Shown here one piece after another: positions 1-6,662 of a DNA stretch of 8,899 nt. The stretch is from assembly GCF_006345805.1 (NCBI RefSeq), contig NW_021828232.1, positions 1 through 8,899 of the forward strand, given 5' to 3'. Both the position numbers and the translations under genes were made by a program. The notes beneath the pieces are model-generated. The model saw nothing but the letters and a program-made list of their open reading frames with translations. It was not told where the DNA came from and did not search any database. The stretch comes from Octopus sinensis. Its lineage: Eukaryota. The stretch's first letter is position 1, and every line of letters begins with the position of its first letter.

Positions 1-356
1 GCAGTGGACTCGCGGGTCTTAGGATCGCGGTTTCGATTCCCAGACCGGGCCTTTGTGAGTGTTTATTGAGCGGAAAACACCTAAAGCTCCACGAGGCTCC
101 GGCAGATGGTGGAGATCCCTGCTGTACTCTTTCACCACAACTTTCTCTCTCAGTCTTACTTCCTGTTTCTGTTGTGTCCTGTATTTCAAAGGGCCGGCCT
201 TGTCACTCTCTGTGTCACGCTGAATATCCCCGAGAACTGCGTTAAGGGTACACGTGTCTGTGGAGTGCTCAGCCACTTACACGTTAATTTCACGAGCAGG
301 CTGTTCCGTTGATTCGGATCAACCGGAACCCTCGTCGTCGTAACCGACGGAGTGCT
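1..356 (+). mobile_element. tRNA-derived SINE, family B (5' end cut by window edge)
   Basis: B-box-like GGTTTCGATTCCC at 29-41 followed by agaccgggc and a CORE-like GTGTTTATTGAGCGGAAAACAC, paralleling the head of family C (3629-3279). The 3' end has two hairpins: 303-329 (GTTCCGTTGAT-TCGG-ATCAACCGGAAC) and 336-349 (CGTCG-TAAC-CGACG). The family resembles an octopus repeat by recollection only. Confidence 0.75.
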
Positions 357-395
357 TCCATACCATGTTGCTGCTGTTCTGTGTTTCCTATGTAG

Positions 396-479
396 GATCC
401 ATTGCAGGAGATGGAACAGACCTCCCCTGTAAATCGTGACCAAGCAGACAAAGAATTGGCAGAGTTCCAACCATGTTAA
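396..479 (+). other. Candidate terminal coding exon (unconfirmed)
   Basis: Pyrimidine-rich tract plus TAG acceptor at 375-395, then a single open frame DPLQEMEQTSPVNRDQADKELAEFQPC followed by TAA TAA; the other two frames stop earlier. No family recognised. Confidence 0.25.
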
Positions 480-482
480 TAA

Positions 483-887
483 GGCGCAGGAGTGGCTGTC
501 TGGTAAGTAGCTTGCTAACCAACCACATGGTTCCGGGTTCAGTCGCACTGCGTGGCACCTTGGGCAAGTGTCTTCTGCTATAGCCCCGGGCCGACCAATG
601 CCTTGTGAGTGGATTTGGTAGACGGAAACTGAAAGAAGCCCGTCGTATATATATGTATGTGTGTGTGTGTTTGTGTGTCCGTGTTTGTCCCCCTAGCATT
701 GCTTGACAACCGATGCTGGTGTGTTTACGTCCACGTTACTTAGCGGTTCGGCAAAAAGAGACCGATAGAATAAGTACTGGGCTTACAAAAAGAATAAGTC
801 CCCGGGGTCGAGTTGCTCGATTAAAAAAGGCAGTGCTCCAGCATGGCCACAGTCAAATGACTGAAACAAGTAAAAGAGTAAAAGAGT
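483..887 (+). mobile_element. tRNA-derived SINE family A, copy 1 (full length)
   Basis: Starts GGCGCAGGAGTGGCTGTCTGGTAAG (A-box-like), B-box-like GGGTTCAGTCGC, CORE-like GGCACCTTGGGCAAGTGTC, internal TA/TG microsatellite linker, tail hairpin CAGTCA-AA-TGACTG and (GTAAAAGA)n end. Aligns by eye with six other copies in this window. Confidence 0.93.
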
Positions 888-892
888 ACTAC

Positions 893-919
893 TGATGATG
901 ATGATGATGATGCTGATGG
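893..919. repeat. (GAT)n microsatellite
   Basis: Direct reading of tandem TGA/GAT units. Confidence 0.9.
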
Positions 920-954
920 TGTTCCAAGAGAGGAAGTTTGGAGACATTTTACAC

Positions 955-1490
955 TTCCTTCCACCCCCCACCCCACCCCACCCTCGGCCTTGCTTTCATC
1001 CACTTCCTTACTCCCGACCGCCCTTAACCCCACCCCACACCACACCACTAACACTTCCTTGTTCCCCCCCCCGGCCCCCCGCACCCCGCTCGCCGAACCC
1101 TCTATGACTAAACAAGAACTTCTTCAGAATGTTCTGGAATGTGGGCCCCCCCCACCCTCACGGAGGAAGAACTGCACCACCCAGGTTTACACCCTACACC
1201 CCACCCTGCACCACTCCACCCCCACCCTGCGAGGTTCCTCAGCCACGCTCTCCCTCACCACCACCACCGCCACCACCACCACCATTCCAAGGACAGGGTG
1301 AGCCTTGCAGTGATGGCGGCAGTGGCTGTGGGGGATTATGGTAGTGGTGGTGGTAGTGGTGGTGGTTGCGCTTCTGGAAGACACCTCCGGGGTGGGGGGG
1401 ACTAACAGTTATACTATATATGCGTTATGTGGGTGGTGCCCTCCCCGTCACCGCCGACTCCACCATTCGTCACCTGCCCCCCCCCGGAAG
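955..1490. repeat. GC-rich low-complexity tract, C-rich then G-rich
   Basis: C runs and CACC/CCA repeats to about 1285, then GGT/GTG repeats and G runs at 1300-1435; C6-A-C4-A-C4-A-C3 at 964-983. Confidence 0.85.
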
Positions 1491-1498
1491 TTTCGCAT

Positions 1499-1528
1499 GT
1501 GTGTCAGTTTGTGTGTGTGTGTGTGTGG

Positions 1529-1559
<31 letters not shown>

Positions 1560-1606
1560 ATGAGAGAGAAAGAGAGAGTGAGAGAGAGAATATGTGTGTC
1601 AGTGTG
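1499..1606. repeat. (GT)n/(GA)n compound microsatellite
   Basis: Direct reading. Confidence 0.92.
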
Positions 1607-1616
1607 TCACCGAATA

Positions 1617-1833
1617 TCTCTCTTTTACTTGTTTCTGTCATTTGACTGCGGCCATGCTGGAGCACCGCCTTTAATCGAGCAACTCGACACCGGGACTTAT
1701 TCTTTTGTAAGCCCAGTACTTATTCTATCGGTCTTTTTTGCCGAACCGCTAAGTAACGGGGACGTAAACACACCAGCATCGGTTGTCATGCAATGCTAGG
1801 GGGACAAACACAGACACACAAACATACACGCAC

Positions 1834-1883
<50 letters not shown>

Positions 1884-2043
1884 TATACGACGGGCTTCCT
1901 TCAGTTTACGTCTACCAAATCCACTCACAAGGCTTTGGTCGGCCCGAGGCTATAGTAGAAGACACTTGCCCAAGATGCCACGCAGTGGGACTGAACCCGG
2001 AACCATGTGGCTGGTTAACAAACTACTTACCACACAGCCACTC
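1617..2043 (-). mobile_element. SINE family A, copy 2 (near full length, expanded internal TA run)
   Basis: Reverse complement of copy 1 over its whole length; internal (TA)n expanded at about 1836-1887; lacks the first ~7 nt of the head. Confidence 0.93.
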
Positions 2044-2075
2044 ATTATGGGACAATGCTGCAGCCTTTATCAATA

Positions 2076-2246
2076 GCCACAGGAGTGGCTGTGTGGTAAG
2101 TAGCTTGTTTACCAACCACATGGTTCTGGGTTCAGTCCCACTGCGTGGCACCTTGGGCAAGTGTCTTCTACTATAGCCTCAGGCCGACCAAAGCCTTGTG
2201 AGTGGATTTGGTAGACGGAAACTCAAAGAAGCCCGTCGTATATATG

Positions 2247-2277
<31 letters not shown>

Positions 2278-2481
2278 TTGTCCCCCTAGCATTGCTTGAC
2301 AACCAATGCTGGTGTGTTTATGTCCCCGTTACTTAGCGGTTCAGCAAAAGAGATCAATAGAATAAGTACTGGGCTTACAAAAGAATAAGTCCCGGGTTCG
2401 AGTTGCTTGATTAAAGGCGGTGCTCCAGCATGGCCGCAGTCAAATGACTGAAACAAGTAAAAGAGTAAAAGAGTAAAAGAG
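2076..2481 (+). mobile_element. SINE family A, copy 3 (full length)
   Basis: Same head, CORE-like segment, linker and tail as copy 1; ends in three GTAAAAGA repeats. Confidence 0.93.
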
Positions 2482-2506
2482 GGCAAAAGTGGGAAGATGA
2501 ATTTAA

Positions 2507-2677
2507 TCCTTGCTTTCAATGGGTGTCGTGTGTAACTGTGGCTTGGATCTGATTGATCCCCCATCACTGTTCTCCTGGTTTAGCCCCATCTGACTATCAC
2601 CTGTTCCTCAACGTGAATAAATCACTTGGCTGGGACCCAGTATTGCAGTGATGATGATGATGATGGTGATGCTGTAT
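2507..2677 (+). pseudogene. Mariner transposase remnant A, part 1 (YSPDLAPSD region)
   Basis: Translates with frameshifts to ...VVCNCGLDLIDPP / SPGLAPSDYHLFLNVNK / LAGTQYCSDDD, matching the mariner motif HPPYSPDLAPSDYHLF and the segment that follows it. Confidence 0.85.
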
Positions 2678-2845
2678 CTATTGGTGTGTGCCAGAGGGTG
2701 CACACTCTCCATCCCTGATGTAATCTCCAGGGATACAGGCATCCAGCAATAGGACCTCCGTAATGCCATGATGGACCGTGAAGTCTGGCATAGCATGGTA
2801 AATTGCATTGTCTCGACCACGGTCGAACAATGATGATGATGATGG
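2678..2845 (+). mobile_element. 5'-truncated RTE-like LINE 3' end inserted in mariner A
   Basis: 2693-2833 reads RGCTLSIPDVISRDTGIQQ*DLRNAMMDREVWHSMVNCIVSTTVEQ*, resembling the RTE ORF C-terminus (RDTG...DL..AM.DR..W). It is followed by a terminal hairpin TCGACC-AC-GGTCGA (2813-2826) and a (TGA)n tail. Confidence 0.72.
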
Positions 2846-3030
2846 CTTTTTTGGTGATGGCTTTTTGACCGACAGGATGAAAGCTTTGTCACCAATGAGG
2901 TCCAAGCACTGCAACGCCGATGGAAGAAATATATGGACTGCAAGGGGGTCTATGTTGGAAAATAAGCCCCATTTGGTCAGATTTCATGAGATTATCTTGG
3001 TCAGCCTATGGACTTTCAGCCAACACTTCG
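2846..3030 (+). mobile_element. Mariner remnant A, part 2: transposase C-terminus plus 3' end
   Basis: 2864-2965 reads FDRQDESFVTNEVQALQRRWKKYMDCKGVYVGK*, matching the mariner C-terminal pattern F..GI..L..RW.KC...GDYVEK*. A probable 3' terminal region follows, ending TTTCAGCCAACACTTCG. Confidence 0.85.
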
Positions 3031-3128
3031 CATCTGCTGTTAATGGTCTTTTTGACCAACAGGATGAAAGCCTTGTCACTAATGGGATCCATGCTCTGCA
3101 ATGCCGATGGAAGAAGAGTGTGGACCAC
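3031..3128 (+). mobile_element. Mariner remnant B, part 1 (second copy of the C-terminal segment)
   Basis: Reads SAVNGLFDQQDESLVTNGIHALQCRWKKSVDH, paralogous to 2864-2940; breaks off at the SINE insertion. Confidence 0.85.
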
Positions 3129-3132
3129 ACGG

Positions 3133-3262
3133 AGTCCCCTTTCGGTCACGACACAGACCATGGGATTGCACCTAGAAAGTTCCTCTCTGAGGCACAAGTC
3201 CGGGCAAGGTTTTTTATAGAAGACCAGCAGTCACCCATGCATACCAGCCTCTCCTCTCCACA
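3133..3262 (-). mobile_element. SINE family C, 5'-truncated 3' fragment
   Basis: Clearly homologous to 3292-3420 (CCCCTTTCGGTCA...GACCATGGGATTGCACCTAGAAA...GGCACAAGTCCGG...GAAGACCAGCAGTC.CCCATGCATAC) but diverged; no tRNA head. Confidence 0.85.
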
Positions 3263-3278
3263 CCCTTATATGTACATA

Positions 3279-3629
3279 GGGTAAAGAGTAAAGACCCCCT
3301 TCGGTCATGAATGACCATGGGATTGCACCTAGAAATTTACCCTCCCAGGCACAAGTCCGGACAAGGTTGTTTATGGAAGACCAGCAGTCGCCCATGCATA
3401 CTGGCCTCTCCGCTCCACACCACCAGTGTTATCCAAGGGAACAGCAAAGGGGCCGATACAGCTTGGCACCCATGACGTCGCAACTCATTTCTACAGCTGA
3501 GTGAACTGGAGCAACGTGAAATAAAGTGTCTTGCTCAAGAACACAAACACGCTGCCCGGTCCGGGATTCGAGCTCACAACCTCGCAATCGTAAGCTCAAC
3601 TGTCTAACCACTGAGCCATGTGCCTTCAC
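3279..3629 (-). mobile_element. tRNA-derived CORE-like SINE family C (full length)
   Basis: Minus strand starts GTGAAGGCACATGGCTCAGTGGTTAG (A box at 3618-3608), B box GCTCGAATCCC (3573-3563), CORE-like GTGTTCTTGAGCAAGACACTT, and ends in a short CTTTA(C) repeat tail. It resembles the tRNA-Arg-like octopus OR-type SINEs (tentative). Confidence 0.9.
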
Positions 3630-3631
3630 AC

Positions 3632-3726
3632 AAGGGCGGGGGGGGGACTATATTCAAAATTAAACCTCATTGACCAGATTCCACAAGATTATCTTGGTCA
3701 GCCTATGAGCTTTTAAGTAAACACTC
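3632..3726 (+). mobile_element. Mariner remnant B, part 2 (resumes after the SINEs)
   Basis: AAGGG...GACTATATTCAAAATTAA continues the K-G-D-Y pattern. The 22-mer AGATTATCTTGGTCAGCCTATG at 3686-3707 is identical to 2989-3010 of remnant A. Confidence 0.82.
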
Positions 3727-3998
3727 AAACCATGTTAACAATTAGTTACAGAGGCTCAAGTTTCCCTCATTGTGTCGGGATAGTGTGAGGTTTGATCCTG
3801 CTTTCAAACGGAGGAATAAGTATGTTAGTAAAGCTACAAAGGAGGTGATGCGGCTTTTTCATGAGTGACCTCCCCGCACCGCCACCGCTTCAATGACCAC
3901 TTGATCTCTAAATATGAAGAGGTCACTCACGTTTATATTTAGTTACTTCATCCTGTCTCTGGTTAATGATCGCATTTCGGGTTTTCTTTGTACTCAGA

Positions 3999-4060
3999 AT
4001 GTGTGTGTGTGTGTGTATGTATATCTGTGTGCATATGATATGTGAATGCGTGTGAATGTG

Positions 4061-4107
<47 letters not shown>

Positions 4108-4196
4108 TTGTATGTATGTATATCTATAGATGTATGTGTATTTGTGTGTAGGCATATAAATATGTATATATATATATCTGTATGTGTATATGCGCA

Positions 4197-4235
<39 letters not shown>

Positions 4236-4416
4236 CTGCGGATGTACGTCTATTTGTGTGTGTATGAATATATGTATATGTATGTATACGGATATATATA
4301 TATATATCTATATATATACACTGGCATGTGTATCTGTGCATGTGTATGTACATGTATGTGTGTGTGTGACTGTGTGTCTGTGTGTATGTATATATCTGTG
4401 TGTATTTAAGTGTGTT

Positions 4417-4460
<44 letters not shown>

Positions 4461-4670
4461 CACACACTCACATATATATATCTGCATGTGTAGCTCTCTG
4501 TGGGCATAAGCATACATGTGTGTTTCTCTGTGTGTGTGTGCTTGTGTGTGCAAATGTATGTGTAAATATCTCCTTAAGTATGTGTGTGCGTGCATGAACA
4601 TAAGTAGATACTTACACACACACACACATACACACACACACACGGACACACGGACACACGGACACACGCA
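3999..4670. repeat. Long compound (TG)/(TA)/(CA) microsatellite array
   Basis: Direct reading; includes (CACACGGA)x3 at 4639-4662. Confidence 0.95.
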
Positions 4671-4752
4671 CAGGCACTTATGTAGGCATGCATAAAGAAT
4701 TAAAGAGATAAGTGCTTTTTTTTTATATAAAGTTTCCCAAATATATTCCTAT

Positions 4753-4902
4753 GGCGCAGGAGTGGCGCTGTGGTAAAAAGCTTGTTTCCCAACCACCTGG
4801 ATCCAGGTTCAATCCTACTCCTTGACACCATGGTCAAGTGTCCTCCAACATAGCTGCATGCTAACGAAAGCCTTGTGCGTGGATTTCGTAGGCAGAAAAA
4901 AG
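4753..4902 (+). mobile_element. SINE family A-related, copy 4 (old, head only)
   Basis: GGCGCAGGAGTGGC start, degenerate B box, CORE-like segment and AAAGCCTTGTGCGTGGATTT; much more diverged than the other copies and 3'-truncated. Confidence 0.8.
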
Positions 4903-4918
4903 GCAGTGACTGTGGAAT

Positions 4919-5299
4919 CGCAGGAGTGGCCGTGTGGTAAGTAGCTTGCTTACCAACCACATGGTTCAAGGTTCATTCCCACCTAGTGGCACCTTGGGCA
5001 AGTGTTTTCCGCTATAGTCTCGGTCTGACCAAAGCTTTGTGAGTGGGTCTGGGAGACGGAGACTGAAAGAAGCCCGTTGTATGTGTGTGTGTGTGTGTTT
5101 GTGTGTCTGTGTTTCTGCCCCCACTATTGCTTGACAACCGATGTTCGTGTGTTTACTTAGTGGTTTGGCAAAAGAGACTGACAGAATAAGTACCAGGCTT
5201 ACAAAGAATAAGTCCTGGGGTCGATTTGCTTGACTGCAGGTGGTGCTCCAGCATGACCACAGTGAAATGACTGAAACTAGTAAAAGAAGAAAAAATAGA

Positions 5300-5300
<1 letters not shown>
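4919..5300 (+). mobile_element. SINE family A, copy 5 (distinct subfamily)
   Basis: Full architecture, but with tail variants not seen in the other copies: CCCCACTATTGC, GTACCAGGCTTACAAAG, GTCCTGGGGTCGATTTGC, and a short deletion after GTGTTTAC. Confidence 0.9.
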
Positions 5301-5336
<36 letters not shown>

Positions 5337-5345
5337 CATATATAT

Positions 5346-5538
5346 GGGGCTGGCCAGATTGGAGCAATCTCAAGAATAATCAGCCGAAATTGCAAGGATA
5401 ATCTGGTTCTTGACTGAAGAAAGAAAACTTTGAATGACCCGTCCTTGATTTCTTTGTATCGTCTATCTGGATGTTTTGTTGTCCCTTTTTGTATAACCTA
5501 GCTGTCCGGATGTTTTGCATTCTTGTCCCATTTTGTAT
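5346..5538. mobile_element. TA-flanked interspersed repeat fragment, possibly Penelope-like
   Basis: Bounded by TA runs on both sides; imperfect internal tandem duplication (5466-5494 vs 5505-5538); CTGAAGA-stem-GAA...GTC motif at 5414-5443. The class assignment is inference. Confidence 0.45.
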
Positions 5539-5550
5539 CTTATATATATA

Positions 5551-5902
5551 GGCGCAGGAGTGGCTGTGTGTAAATAGCTTGCTAACCAACCACATGTTCC
5601 GGTTCAGTCCCACTGCGTGGCATCTTGGGCAGTGTCTTCTGCTATAGCCCTGGGCCGACCAATGCCTTGTGAGTGGATTTGGTAGACGGAAACTGAAAGA
5701 AGTCCTGATATATATGTATATATATATGTGTGTGTATGGTGTGTGTCTGTGTTTGTCCCCCTAGCATTGCTTGACAACCGATGCTGGTGTGTTTACGTTC
5801 CCGTCACTTAGCAGTTCGGCAAAAGAGACCGATAGAATAAGTACTGGCGGTGTTCCAGCATGGCCGCAGTCAAATGACTGAAACAAGTAAAAGAGTAAAA
5901 GA
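5551..5902 (+). mobile_element. SINE family A, copy 6 (about 45-nt internal deletion), inserted in (TA)n
   Basis: Full head and tail; GAATAAGTACT is joined directly to GGCGGTG; TA runs lie on both flanks. Confidence 0.93.
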
Positions 5903-6060
5903 TATATATATATATATATATACAAAATGAGAAAATGGAGAAATATATCTAAATCAATCATCACTATCAGATAATTCCGAATCATATACTTTATTAAACA
6001 CACTAATACATATATATATATATAATATATATATATTATATATATATATATACGTACATA

Positions 6061-6310
6061 TAACAGAGTAACCACATAGTCGACCACATAGTGGTTACTC
6101 TCTTATATGAAAGTTACTTTCAATGGAAACAATTCTTCGTGGCTGAAACCTAGCGGATCTATTTTTAGTGCCAGAGTCGACCACATTAGTGGTTACTCTC
6201 TTATATTTACATATAAAATTTATTGTATTCCTGGTTGTTTATGCACTAAGCCACTTGGTGTTAAATGGATGTACTATTAAATTAGTATCAATTTTCTCAC
6301 CCTTATGGTG
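6061..6310. repeat. TA-flanked element with a short inverted terminal segment and a 97-bp-spaced direct repeat
   Basis: AGAGTAACCAC (6065-6075) is inverted to GTGGTTACTCT (6091-6101); AGTCGACCACAT(T)AGTGGTTACTCTCTTATAT occurs at 6078-6108 and 6175-6206. Confidence 0.7.
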
Positions 6311-6312
6311 AT

Positions 6313-6372
<60 letters not shown>

Positions 6373-6380
6373 TACATACA

Positions 6381-6434
<54 letters not shown>
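6311..6434. repeat. (TA)n array with CA interruptions
   Basis: Direct reading; shorter TA runs also at 5301-5345, 5902-5921, 6007-6058 and 7058-7097. Confidence 0.95.
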
Positions 6435-6460
6435 CTTTATTAAAAGCAGCAGAAATAACA

Positions 6461-6509
6461 CAAAACCTGTTACTCAGAGTTTCACATTTCTGTTCATTAA
6501 ACAGTTTTG
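6461..6509 (-). ncRNA. Degenerate minimal type I hammerhead ribozyme motif (minus strand)
   Basis: Minus strand reads CAAAA-CTGT-[TTAATGA]-ACA GAAA TGT-[GAAA]-CTC T GAG-[TA]-ACAG-G-TTTTG: stems I, II and III all pair, the triplet is GUA, and the core differs from CUGANGA at two positions. Confidence 0.65.
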
Positions 6510-6510
6510 T

Positions 6511-6548
6511 TTGTCCGACAGATGGGAACGTGAAACTCTGAGTAACAG
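6511..6548 (+). ncRNA. Degenerate minimal type I hammerhead ribozyme motif (plus strand)
   Basis: TTGT-[CCGACAG]-ATG GGAA CGT-[GAAA]-CTC T GAG-[TA]-ACAG; stems pair with G-U wobbles, and the core differs from CUGANGA at three positions. Confidence 0.55.
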
Positions 6549-6662
6549 CTTTTGTGATATTTCTGCTGCTTTTTAAATAAAGCATATTACTCTACCTCTG
6601 GTATTTGAGTACTCTTTTTTCCACCTTGTTTCACATTTATATGCTTACTCTGGTATATATAT

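Larger units (their letters stand above)
6435..6655. mobile_element. Palindromic Penelope-like pseudo-LTR remnant
   Basis: Inverted arms of about 52 bp (6435-6485 and 6530-6582) that extend inward degenerately; hammerhead-like motifs in both arms; AATAAA at 6576-6581; TA runs on both flanks. Confidence 0.65.

Noticed and set aside
961-1055. Telomeric repeat
   Set aside because: CCCCA/CACCA units are irregular and are not the molluscan TTAGGG repeat.
1229-1303. Poly-proline exon (EVPQPRSPSPPPPPPPPPFQGQ) with donor AGG|GTGAGC at 1297/1298
   Set aside because: The proline run comes from a CCA microsatellite, no convincing acceptor is present and no protein family is recognisable.
2808-3284. 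158-aa ORF as a real gene
   Set aside because: Chance read-through across an RTE tail, two mariner fragments and a SINE fragment; only FDQQDES...RWKK is transposase-derived.
3550-3629. Genuine tRNA gene (likewise the family A and B heads)
   Set aside because: A and B boxes are present but there is no acceptor-stem pairing or T-run terminator, and the sequence continues into SINE body.
3994-4667. Long ORFs rich in Y/I/C/V/H/T (also 6277-6585 and 7594-8895)
   Set aside because: Translations of TA/TG/CA dinucleotide repeats, which lack stops in many frames.
5985-5998. 14-nt match TATACTTTATTAAA shared with 6431-6444
   Set aside because: Very AT-rich and short; the flanking sequence does not extend the match.
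6105-6165. Hammerhead motif in the 6061-6310 element
   Set aside because: The best fits on either strand have a broken core and no stem I.
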